Shown piece by piece: positions 25,790 to 34,277 of a stretch of DNA of 56,930 nucleotides. The notes beneath the pieces are model-generated. The model did no database searches. It was not told where the DNA came from and worked only from the letters and a program-made list of their open reading frames with translations. A program made the position numbers and the translations under genes. How positions within the stretch are numbered: position 1 is the stretch's first letter; each line of letters starts with the position of its first letter. The DNA comes from Candidatus Pacearchaeota archaeon (GTDB lineage: Archaea > Nanobdellota > Nanobdellia > Pacearchaeales > GW2011-AR1), in contig JAGVWZ010000022.1 in NCBI GenBank assembly GCA_018304045.1, positions 1 through 56,930 of the forward strand, read 5' to 3'.

Positions 25790-25975
25790 TAAAAAATCCA
25801 CTACATTTATGTAGTGGTCTTAAGTTACCTGGATTTTTTCTGGTTCTCCCCAAATCCGTACAAACCCACATGTCAGAAATCTTTTATGGATTTCTGAGCA
25901 CTATCAGGAATTTTTAATTCCTGAAGCATTTATGTGTGGGTACAAATCCGAAGGATTTAGTGATACTAGATATCT
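25790..25975 (+). ncRNA. candidate structured RNA, possibly related to 10262-10445
   Basis: Hairpins: ccactacat-tt-atgtagtgg (25798-25817), cagaaatc-ttttatg-gatttctg (25874-25896), caggaatt-ttt-aattcctg (25905-25923) and aaatcc-gaa-ggattt (25944-25958). A closing helix pairs cccaca with tgtggg. No ORF is present. Confidence 0.35.
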
Positions 25976-26063
25976 TTTTGTGACTAATAATAAAATCCAT
26001 TTTTGAGATAAAGATAATGTCCTATAGGTTGTAATAACTACTTATATTTGATAGAAGATATGA

Positions 26064-26366
26064 TTAAAGTAATTTTCTTCCAATTTGCATAGCGCATGGT
26101 GAGCAAAAAGGCCCTGTTACTATTAGGGTATTAGATGTTATTTTTCCATATACATCTTGATGTTCGTTTGGTTGATATAGTTCTCTACATTGCCTGCAGA
26201 TTACTAATTCGGTTTGTCCTTGAGTTAAATCTAGAGAAGTATTAATTGGTTTTCTTGGTAATTCTGAGATTAGTTGTTCTAGATATTTTTGAGACATATA
26301 GTTAAAATCAAATCTTTCTTGATTTCTTAATTGTTCTATTTGCTGTGTAGTTAATATTTGTCTCAT
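26064..26366 (-). CDS. small zinc-ribbon protein
   Basis: CRQC...CSPC pairs. 100 aa, in an operon with 26369-26689. Confidence 0.4.
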   Translation of the reverse strand: MRQILTTQQIEQLRNQERFDFNYMSQKYLEQLISELPRKPINTSLDLTQGQTELVICRQCRELYQPNEHQDVYGKITSNTLIVTGPFCSPCAMQIGRKLL

Positions 26367-26368
26367 TT

Positions 26369-26689
26369 TTATAATTCGTTTAATAAAGATTCAATTGTCT
26401 GCCTGAATGTTTCTGCATCATCTTGATTTTCTTTAGCTTGATTTAATTCATCAATAGCATCTTGTCTTAAAATTCTTTCATAAACTTGGTTTCCTCTTAT
26501 TGGTTCTTGTCCTTGGCCATGAACTAAAAATAAAATTCCTTTTCCAGTAGGTTCTTTATGAAAGCGATCATATACTTGAAATATTGTTCCTACTTTTAAT
26601 GTTATTCTTTCTCCTTCTCTTGAAGTATAGCTCATACTAAAATCAGGTGAGGGTATTGTAGCTCTTAAAGTTCTTAAATCAGTAGCCAT
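26369..26689 (-). CDS. hypothetical small cytoplasmic protein
   Basis: 106 aa with a 2-nt gap to the downstream gene and a TATA-like tttttaaa upstream. Confidence 0.3.
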   Translation of the reverse strand: MATDLRTLRATIPSPDFSMSYTSREGERITLKVGTIFQVYDRFHKEPTGKGILFLVHGQGQEPIRGNQVYERILRQDAIDELNQAKENQDDAETFRQTIESLLNEL

Positions 26690-26820
26690 ATTCTTACTAT
26701 TTATTGTAGGTTTTTAAACTTAACTCTTTTGTTACTACTAGGTAGTTCTTACAGGAGAAAGATTTAAATAGTATAATTCACTATAGAAATCAATAAAAAT
26801 ACAGATAAATAACAATCAAA

Positions 26821-27657
26821 ATGGCTAAAAAGAAAAAACCAAGTTTGTATGAAATAATGAGGGAATCATTCTTAGAAGTGCAGAACTATGAAACTAGCTT
26901 AGAGGATGCCAAAAAGGAATTTCAGAGTGCTAATGCTGCTGCTTTAGCTGCTGGAAGACATTCTCCTGAAGCTGCGGATACTTTAATGCATGTTGATAAT
27001 TCTAGACATAAAGTTAATTTTTTAGAAGCTGGTATTCCAGATGCTTATCAAACATTTGAAAGAGATTTTTTAAAGAACCGGAAAAATCTAGTATCTTTAC
27101 TTAATGATAAAGATGTAAAAAAAGCATTACCAAGAGCTATTTTTTCTTATGAGCCTGTTGCAAGAAAAGGACTTGGAAAGAAATATGGAGATGCTGTTAA
27201 ATTACATAAAGAACTTGCGCCTATGAAAGGAATTTTAGGTGAATATCAAGGTGCTCCATTAAGCAAAGGAAAGGATGATAGTTATTTTGGATTTATGGCT
27301 AGAAAAGTTATTGAAGATTATGCAAAACATGAAAAAAATCCTTTATACTTAAAAGCACTGATTACTTTAGCTGGTGGTCAAATTAATGAAACTAAAGAAG
27401 GAAAACTTAGCATTGCTAGAGATGAGGAAGGAAATATTGCGATTGTTTCAAATAGTGCTGCAAATAAACATTTTGTTGAACTAAGATTTGGCGGAATAGT
27501 TGCAGAAAAAGAAAAGGAATTCTATGCTTTAGTTGGAAAAGATTTAGCAGGTTATGTGGCTGCAACAATGCCAGATACATATAAAGAAGCTAGACCATTC
27601 TATGAAACTATTATAAAATCTGTTGAATCAGAAAAAGAAAGTAAAAAGAAAAAGTAA
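26821..27657 (+). CDS. hypothetical Ala/Lys-rich protein
   Basis: A 278-aa intact ORF with no recognisable motif. Confidence 0.3.
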   Translation: MAKKKKPSLYEIMRESFLEVQNYETSLEDAKKEFQSANAAALAAGRHSPEAADTLMHVDNSRHKVNFLEAGIPDAYQTFERDFLKNRKNLVSLLNDKDVKKALPRAIFSYEPVARKGLGKKYGDAVKLHKELAPMKGILGEYQGAPLSKGKDDSYFGFMARKVIEDYAKHEKNPLYLKALITLAGGQINETKEGKLSIARDEEGNIAIVSNSAANKHFVELRFGGIVAEKEKEFYALVGKDLAGYVAATMPDTYKEARPFYETIIKSVESEKESKKKK

Positions 27658-27667
27658 CTTTTTCTTA

Positions 27668-27935
27668 TTAGTTAATGTAAAATAATAAATTCTTATTATT
27701 TTCTGTGTATATTAATAGCTAATGTAAGACAATGGGTAGTATATTAGCAAGAAATTATTTAGTTTTATAAAAATATAGTGGATTAATTATTAGTTAATGT
27801 AATATAATGAGAAGATTTATTATTAATGCTGGAAGAATAGATTAATCAGTATCTTCTGTAGGACAATAATTAGTTTGCATTGTAGAAAATTATATTTATA
27901 TGATATTTAATACAAATTATTAGCTAATGTAAAAT
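27668..27935 (+). repeat. array of four copies of the intergenic motif TTAG[CT]TAATGTAA[AG]A
   Basis: ttagttaatgtaaaat (27668), atagctaatgtaagac (27715), ttagttaatgtaatat (27790) and ttagctaatgtaaaat (27920). All four are in the same orientation. Confidence 0.7.
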
Positions 27936-28066
27936 AATGATAAGAAGAGCAGTTAAATTAATATTTGATATAGAATAATGAGGAATGTTGGTATTTATGC
28001 AGTACAATAATCAGTGATTGTAAAAAAGTATATGTTATTAATAAACAGATTAGTTTTTAATTATAT

Positions 28067-28906
28067 TTACTTAATTATACTGTTAATAATACCTACACAA
28101 GTTTTGAAAAAATCTTCTGCTTTGCTTTGCATTTCATCTATTATTTTTCCATCAATATCTTTTATTTCCCCATGGATTATTTGCCTATGCAAGTCATAAA
28201 CATCTTTAAAATTATTAACATAATAATTTTTTAATAGATTTTTATCAACGAAATGTTCTCTTAGCATTACTGGTATGTGTTCTGGACTCGGAGGAGTAAT
28301 GTTTATTGCCATTAATAATGACTGGGCTGATTCAACCATTGCCCAATAACATCCTTCTATTGCACTCATTTCAGCTAGTTTGCTTTTTACAATATGCATT
28401 GGAACTCTGTTAAGCATGGTATACATTGACTCTGGTGTTGGTTTTATTTTTCCATCTTCTAAAAGTATTTTTAATGGATCAAAGAATCCTCCAAAATCTA
28501 TTATTGGTTCACCATATCTTATTACATTTAAAACAACAGGGTCTCCTTTTAATAAATCGTTCCACCAAGTTGTGAGCCTTATGGTATTGATATGGAGCTC
28601 TTTTTTATAAGGGCTTGATTGAATTATTTTTCCTAATTCTTCTCTATACCATAGAACTAGTGCTTCATCAAACTTTATCATTGCATCATCTACAATAAGA
28701 ATTATGTCAATGTCTGATTCTGCTGTGTTTGTTCCTTTTGCAGTTGAACCAAAAAGTATTACTGATTTTAAAAGTTTGTCGAATTTTCTATAGGCTTTTT
28801 CTGCAAAGTCCATTGCAATTTCTCTTTCTGTTTTTAATTGTAATGATGGAAATCTGGTAGTATCTATTTTTGGAATTTTAGAATGTTTATGATTTTTTGG
28901 TTTCAT
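28067..28906 (-). CDS. nucleotidyltransferase with a HEPN-like C-terminal helical domain
   Basis: ILFGSTAKGTNTAESDIDIILIVDD motif followed by a roughly 150-aa helical C-terminal region. Confidence 0.65.
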   Translation of the reverse strand: MKPKNHKHSKIPKIDTTRFPSLQLKTEREIAMDFAEKAYRKFDKLLKSVILFGSTAKGTNTAESDIDIILIVDDAMIKFDEALVLWYREELGKIIQSSPYKKELHINTIRLTTWWNDLLKGDPVVLNVIRYGEPIIDFGGFFDPLKILLEDGKIKPTPESMYTMLNRVPMHIVKSKLAEMSAIEGCYWAMVESAQSLLMAINITPPSPEHIPVMLREHFVDKNLLKNYYVNNFKDVYDLHRQIIHGEIKDIDGKIIDEMQSKAEDFFKTCVGIINSIIK

Positions 28907-28935
28907 TTCAGCTCTTTTTTGTTATTTGTTTATTG

Positions 28936-28950
28936 TTAGCTAATGTAAAA
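28936..28950 (+). repeat. motif copy ttagctaatgtaaaa, a direct repeat of 27920-27934
   Basis: A 15-nt perfect match. The two copies flank the NTase gene at 28067-28906. Confidence 0.7.
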
Positions 28951-29066
28951 CTCATTTTATTTGATTTAGCTTTGTTAGATTAGTTTCTATTGTTTTATGA
29001 TATTGTTAATTGATTACCTATTATTTAAAAGATATGTTTGTTTTTAAATATTTCCTTATAAAAAGT

Positions 29067-29315
29067 TTAATCATAAATATTTTTTCTGTGACCAATTCTA
29101 ATTACAATAATTTTGTTCATCAAAACAATAACATCAACAACAGCTCGATAATCTCCAATTCTTAATCTCCATAATTTTTCACCTTGTAATCTTTTTAAAA
29201 ATCTGTAAGGATTTTCCCTAATTGAATATATCTTATTTAAGATGATTTCAGCATCCTTTTTTTGTAATTTTTTAAGAAAATCTTTTGCTGTTTCAGTTAA
29301 TTCAATTTGAAACAT
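29067..29315 (-). CDS. RelE/ParE-family toxin
   Basis: KLWRLRIGDYRAVVDV...IIVIRIGHRKNIYD is a classic RelE/ParE C-terminal pattern. Confidence 0.85.
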   Translation of the reverse strand: MFQIELTETAKDFLKKLQKKDAEIILNKIYSIRENPYRFLKRLQGEKLWRLRIGDYRAVVDVIVLMNKIIVIRIGHRKNIYD

Positions 29316-29316
29316 T

Positions 29317-29553
29317 TTATTTTAGAGCAATTCCTAATTCTCTTGCTACAACTTCAATAGGATAAACTCTTCCTTTTTTAACATCTTCCAAACCTTTTTG
29401 TATTTCATTAATCTCTTCTTCACTTAAACGTTCTTCTTCACAATTATTTATTAAACTATTTAAGAGTTCGTCATAAGATTGTCTTTCAGAATTTTTAAGA
29501 GATTTCAATCTTTCAAGAGTTTCAAAATTGATTTGTATAGTTGTTTTTTCCAT
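29317..29553 (-). CDS. antitoxin (RHH/CopG-like) of the RelE/ParE pair
   Basis: 78 aa. Only 1 nt separates its stop from the toxin ATG. The N-terminal TTIQINFETLERLKSLK looks like a beta-strand plus helix. Confidence 0.6.
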   Translation of the reverse strand: MEKTTIQINFETLERLKSLKNSERQSYDELLNSLINNCEEERLSEEEINEIQKGLEDVKKGRVYPIEVVARELGIALK

Positions 29554-29554
29554 G

Positions 29555-29582
29555 TTATATAGTAACTATAACTGCTATATAA
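29555..29582. promoter_or_regulatory. 8-bp inverted repeat (ttatatag-N12-ctatataa) directly upstream of the antitoxin
   Basis: Read directly. It overlaps TATA-like sequence and is a candidate autoregulatory operator. Confidence 0.4.
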
Positions 29583-29667
29583 ATCTTTCTGTTGAAATTA
29601 TTATAAGGGTTTAACCCATCTACGATATGATTAACTATCTGTTAATTAGTATAAACATGATCAGTTT

Positions 29668-31467
29668 TTACTGATTTGGTGCACCTGAAAATCTACCGCG
29701 CTCTCCTGGAATTTCTCCACCTAATTCCATTGGAAGATTTTCAAATCCTGCTCCATATAATTTATGATGGACAGCTGGATTGATTGCACCTTGTCCTGAG
29801 TAATAGGCTCCAAATCCAGGGGGGGTTGACCAGTAGTTAGTTGGGGCTGTGGAATATAATGGAGAATTCATTCCTTCTATGCTTGGCTTGAATGGATTTC
29901 CTCCACCTTTTTCTGCAAAATGCTGCCACCAATTTCCAGCTTCTATTATTTTTTTTCCTTCAAATCCTTTTTCACCTAATTTTTTCATAACTTCTTTTAA
30001 TGGAACATTTCCCATTCCCATTGGAAGTTCTGTGTGTTCTAAACCAAAATTATCAGAGAGATGAACATGTTTTACAAAGGGGGCAATTATTTCAGCTTCC
30101 CTAATAACATCTTTTTCAGAAAATCCCATTTTTCTTATCATGTTTATATGTCCTACATCCCAGGTTGCACTTATAAGATTTGCTGCTGTTTTTTCTGCTT
30201 CAGATTTTGAAACACCTTCTTTTTTTAAATTTTCTACAACAACTTTTCTTGATTCTTCTATTAATTTTTTTAAGTCTTCTGCTCTTGATAATCCAGAACC
30301 TGCTGGCGGATTTTCTATTGTCAATACAGGTGCTGTTTCATGAAATTCTTTCCAGGTATTTGTTGCTGCGTTTCCATAGGTTTTTGCTGATTGTTCAACA
30401 ACAAAATCATTCATTTTTTTCCATAACTTGGGAGTTTCTTCTAAATCATTCAATACTCTAACTCCTTTTTCAACAACCTGTGCTAAAATTTGTGGGTCTT
30501 GTTCAACTTCTTTTTTTATTAATGGACTTATTTCTTCAGCATATTTTTTTAATTTTCTTTTATTTTCTCCATCTGCTGTTTGATAGGCTCTATCAAATAC
30601 TTTTTGAAGATTTGTGTAGGCATCTTTTAGATAGATTTGTCCGTGAATAACATTTCTTTGAATGTCTTTGAAAACATCCTTATCTATTTCTTTTAATGAA
30701 TCAAAATCTTTTCCTTTTGCAATTTCTTTGTATGTGTCTTCTGGAATCGGATATTGTTTTCTTACTCTATCTAGAACATCTTGTCCATTGCTTAGATTTC
30801 TGTTTATATCTGATAGTTGTGCTGTCCAGGTTTCTTTGTTTATTTTTGCTAGTTCTTCTTCTGGATTAAAAAATCTTTCTTTTCCTGTGAATTCTCCTGT
30901 TGTTTCACCTTCTTTTGGAAAATATCTTTTTTCATATTCTATTTGATGAACTTTTCCAGTTTCTGGATTTATTATAAGCATTCCTGTTGTTCTTTCTTTA
31001 CCATCTTCCTTTAACCTAGTTATCATTTCAGGAAGCTGTGCTGAAGAGTGCACAGTGACATTAACATTGCCTTTTGGATCAAGATCATGGGCTCTTTTTA
31101 ATGTGGATTCTATTTGTCTTTCTGCACCTATTCTATTTACCTCTTCCCAACCACCTCTTTGCCCTACTCCTGATGCTTCAATTATTGGTGCATGAAAAGA
31201 AAGAGATACTCCTGTATTTTTTGCTAGTCTTCGCATTTCTTCAAAATGCTGTTTTGGAATAGAATCCATAACTTCCTGGCCTAGTGCACCAACTTCCATG
31301 TGCCTTGAGCCAGGATTCATTTTTATATTAAGTTCATTTAATTGGGTTGCTGTTCTTGGGTCTGTTGCAAGTCCTAATGAGCTTATTTCTGAATTATAGC
31401 CTGAAGGAGCATATTTGGGCATGAATATATCTTCAGAACCTTTGTAGAGAGTTTCATAGCTTGTCAT
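29668..31467 (-). CDS. xylose-isomerase-like TIM-barrel-related protein with a long helical insertion (tentative)
   Basis: FHAP near the N-terminus, and VKHVHLSDNFGLEHTELPMGMGNVP...KKIIEAG near the C-terminus, resemble the AP-endonuclease-2/xylose-isomerase TIM-barrel family. Confidence 0.35.
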   Translation of the reverse strand: MTSYETLYKGSEDIFMPKYAPSGYNSEISSLGLATDPRTATQLNELNIKMNPGSRHMEVGALGQEVMDSIPKQHFEEMRRLAKNTGVSLSFHAPIIEASGVGQRGGWEEVNRIGAERQIESTLKRAHDLDPKGNVNVTVHSSAQLPEMITRLKEDGKERTTGMLIINPETGKVHQIEYEKRYFPKEGETTGEFTGKERFFNPEEELAKINKETWTAQLSDINRNLSNGQDVLDRVRKQYPIPEDTYKEIAKGKDFDSLKEIDKDVFKDIQRNVIHGQIYLKDAYTNLQKVFDRAYQTADGENKRKLKKYAEEISPLIKKEVEQDPQILAQVVEKGVRVLNDLEETPKLWKKMNDFVVEQSAKTYGNAATNTWKEFHETAPVLTIENPPAGSGLSRAEDLKKLIEESRKVVVENLKKEGVSKSEAEKTAANLISATWDVGHINMIRKMGFSEKDVIREAEIIAPFVKHVHLSDNFGLEHTELPMGMGNVPLKEVMKKLGEKGFEGKKIIEAGNWWQHFAEKGGGNPFKPSIEGMNSPLYSTAPTNYWSTPPGFGAYYSGQGAINPAVHHKLYGAGFENLPMELGGEIPGERGRFSGAPNQ

Positions 31468-31525
31468 TTTATCACCTTATTGATATTTAGATAAATGGAA
31501 TTTTGTTTATATAGTTTTGTAATTA

Positions 31526-32017
31526 TTACATTCGTCTTCTTTTTTGCTTTTGGATTTCATCAGATGTTCTTGATTCATAATTTTGTTCAGGATTTTTGGG
31601 ATAACCTTTTGTTTCAAATGGATTGTTTTGTTGAAATCCTAATGTTGGACTTTTGAAAAAATCTTGTTGAGGTGTTGAACCTAGTGTAATATTGTTAGGA
31701 GGGGTTTGAAAATTGATTGTTTGATAGACAGATTCTTGATAATTTGAATTTGGAGAAGAGTATTTTATTGATTCATACATTGGAATTTGGTTTGCATTAT
31801 CATCTTTTTTATCTGGATTTGTTGCAGGAACATCTGCTAACTGAGCCTCAAGGGGCTGTTGGCTCATTTCCATTACAGGAGATACTTTTATTATTGTATC
31901 AGTTTTTGTTGTAATTATTGATTCTAGTTCACTTGTATTTTCTTCATCTTCCTTTTTTTCTATTTTTATTTTTTCCTTTGAAAATTCTACTTTTATTTTT
32001 CTTGGTTTTTTTGCCAT
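31526..32017 (-). CDS. low-complexity Q/N/P-rich protein
   Basis: 163 aa, in an operon between 32067-33551 and 29668-31467. Confidence 0.3.
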   Translation of the reverse strand: MAKKPRKIKVEFSKEKIKIEKKEDEENTSELESIITTKTDTIIKVSPVMEMSQQPLEAQLADVPATNPDKKDDNANQIPMYESIKYSSPNSNYQESVYQTINFQTPPNNITLGSTPQQDFFKSPTLGFQQNNPFETKGYPKNPEQNYESRTSDEIQKQKRRRM

Positions 32018-32066
32018 TGTTAGTCTAGATATAAGAATTATTTAAGGTTTGCTTTATTATCTTTTG

Positions 32067-33551
32067 TTAGGTTTGTTTTTTATTCAAGAACCATTTTTCT
32101 GCAGCAGATATAGGGAGTTTTGTTTCAAACTCTTCTGAATATGGGAATGGGAATCCAGGCATTCCATGTCCTTTTTTGTATACATCATAAACTGTGAATG
32201 CTTTGCTCCCCCCTTGTGCTGCTGAATAATTTCTTATGTATTGTTCTGCATAGTTTTCTGACTTTTTTACTTCTTTTTCTATTTTTTTGTATTTTTCTTC
32301 ATCACTCATGTCTTCTTCTTTTTTCTTCTCTTCTTTTGTTTCTGATTTAAATATTGAAAAAATTGCTGAAAATGGATTTAAATCTTCTTCTTTGTTTTTT
32401 TGTTCTTGGGATTTATCTGATAATATTTCATCAATGTCCACTTGTATTTGCTCTAATGAATCCTTTGTCATTCCATCAACTAAAGAAAGTGCTGCCTGCA
32501 TATTTGATTTGTTTAATTCAAGTTTTACAAGTTCTATTTCTTTATCTGTTAGTCCATATCCTCTGAATTTTACATTCACTCTTCCTCCAAAAGTATAATG
32601 TTGTCCTGCTTTGCTTGGTATTCCTCTGTATTCAAAATCAATCACTGAAACTGCATTGTATTTTCTTAAATTCTTTTCCATTTTAACAAAATCTCTTGGA
32701 AGTTTTTTATCCATTACTTCATCTTTTACATTGATTGGATCAATTCCCATTAAAGTTAGTTGAAGAAAAATTGTATTAAATGCAGTTACTAAATCCGGTC
32801 TTGATGAAATTGATTCATTTTGCCTGAGTTTTTCTGCTGCAATTAAATATGGTCTTGCCCATCTTGTATTTAATTTCAATGCATTTACCTGGCTTTTTAA
32901 ATAAATTTTTTCAATTTCATATCTTTTTCTTAATTCTTGTTCACTTCTTTTTCTCCACTCTAAAAATTCCTGTATTCTTGGTTTTAATATTCTTTTTACT
33001 CTGTCATTTAGATCTAATTCATCTACTTTTTCAGGAGAATCTACTATCATAAAAGCGTCTCTTAATGTTACAAATTGCAGATTTCCAGAAGAAAGGGCAT
33101 TAAGGCTTCCTTGTCCTCTTTGAGCAAGATCTACTTTATCCATCCATATTTGCTTTAATGCAAGAATTCCTGATTCTTTTGTTATTTTATCCTTTGAATT
33201 TGCAGCATCATAATGGCTTAATCTCAGCTTAAATTCTTTTAAATCATAGATAAGATTTATTATTCCTTTAAGAATATTATTCACTGTTCCTAAGACTCTT
33301 GATGCTTCTTGCTGCATCTGGCTTGCTTTTCCCTGCAGTTCTGAGAAATGTCCTGAACCTGGGGAAGATGCAAAATTATCTGTTAATTTTTCTGTTTTTC
33401 TAAACATTTTTTCCATAAAATCCAATATCCAAAAATAAACAGGTTCTAATTGTTCTGTTGAAGAATCATAGGTTATTTCATATTCTGAAGAAGCTTTTCT
33501 TTTTTTATAGTAGGGAACTACTTTTTTTATAATATCATCTATTTCACCCAT
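32067..33551 (-). CDS. hypothetical 494-aa protein with coiled-coil regions
   Basis: A long intact ORF that heads a three-gene minus-strand operon. No motif recognised. Confidence 0.35.
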   Translation of the reverse strand: MGEIDDIIKKVVPYYKKRKASSEYEITYDSSTEQLEPVYFWILDFMEKMFRKTEKLTDNFASSPGSGHFSELQGKASQMQQEASRVLGTVNNILKGIINLIYDLKEFKLRLSHYDAANSKDKITKESGILALKQIWMDKVDLAQRGQGSLNALSSGNLQFVTLRDAFMIVDSPEKVDELDLNDRVKRILKPRIQEFLEWRKRSEQELRKRYEIEKIYLKSQVNALKLNTRWARPYLIAAEKLRQNESISSRPDLVTAFNTIFLQLTLMGIDPINVKDEVMDKKLPRDFVKMEKNLRKYNAVSVIDFEYRGIPSKAGQHYTFGGRVNVKFRGYGLTDKEIELVKLELNKSNMQAALSLVDGMTKDSLEQIQVDIDEILSDKSQEQKNKEEDLNPFSAIFSIFKSETKEEKKKEEDMSDEEKYKKIEKEVKKSENYAEQYIRNYSAAQGGSKAFTVYDVYKKGHGMPGFPFPYSEEFETKLPISAAEKWFLNKKQT

Positions 33552-33649
33552 TGCATTTTTGCCTCATTTTTACATATTTAATTAGTATCTTAGATTTAAA
33601 AAGTCTTCTTATTTTTTCTAATAAGAAGATTATATAAATAATCAGTTGT

Positions 33650-33928
33650 TTGTTAAGACATATTACAAAAGGGAAATTATATAAGGTAAGATTCGTTTTA
33701 ATTGGCATGAGTATAATTCAAATTGCATATTATAATATTCTAGGGGTTCCTTTGTTAGTTTATTTAGGCACATTAACCTTTATTACTATGATTATTGCGG
33801 CTGTTTTTGGATTATTGGTAATGAGGGGGAAAGTGAAATTTGTTTGGCATAAGGTATTTGTTATTATAACTATTGTTCTTGCATTGATTCATGGGATTTT
33901 AGCATTTGGAAGCAGGTTTATAAGTTAA
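33650..33928 (+). CDS. small membrane protein
   Basis: Three predicted hydrophobic helices. The real start may be the internal ATG (MSIIQ...). Confidence 0.35.
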   Translation: MLRHITKGKLYKVRFVLIGMSIIQIAYYNILGVPLLVYLGTLTFITMIIAAVFGLLVMRGKVKFVWHKVFVIITIVLALIHGILAFGSRFIS

Positions 33929-33941
33929 TATTAATGTTCAT

Positions 33942-34142
33942 ATGAAAAAGAAAAATAATATTGAAAAGAAAAATAGGAATGTTAATTGGAAGGTTGTTAT
34001 TTATTCAATAATAGCTTTGATTTGCTTAGGATTGGTTTATTTTGTTGATTGGATATTTATTGTTCCGGTGTTGGTTTTATTGTGGCTGAATCATAGAGCC
34101 CTCTTTGAAAAGAGTCCTCGGGTAGAAACAAGATCTAAATAA
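33942..34142 (+). CDS. small membrane protein
   Basis: 66 aa with two hydrophobic helices. Its 3-prime end lies in the first unit of the 52-bp tandem repeat. Confidence 0.35.
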   Translation: MKKKNNIEKKNRNVNWKVVIYSIIALICLGLVYFVDWIFIVPVLVLLWLNHRALFEKSPRVETRSK

Positions 34143-34229
34143 GATTGGAGCCCTCTTTGAAAAGAGTCCTCGGGTAGAAACAAGATCTAAATAACAAGAT
34201 CTAAATAAGATTGGAGCCCTCTTTGAAAA
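34096..34229 (+). repeat. 52-bp tandem repeat, about 2.4 copies, with an internal 17-nt reduplication
   Basis: The unit gagccctctttgaaaagagtcctcgggtagaaacaagatctaaataagattg starts at 34096 and 34148, with a partial unit at 34214. caagatctaaataa is doubled in unit 2. Confidence 0.85.
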
Positions 34230-34277
34230 AAATTAGTTAAGGGTAAACTATTTAAAACAAGATTTACATTTATAAAA

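Noticed and set aside
25930-25960. A tRNA or tRNA fragment, suggested by gggtacaaatccgaaggattt.
   Set aside because: It has no GTTC-type T-loop, no acceptor or anticodon arm geometry, and no D-arm. It only superficially resembles a T-arm.
27668-27935. A possible CRISPR array, considering the motif array here and the 52-bp tandem repeat at 34096-34229.
   Set aside because: The motif spacing is irregular (47, 75 and 130 nt) and the repeats are short and degenerate. The 52-bp units are contiguous with no spacers. No cas genes are present.
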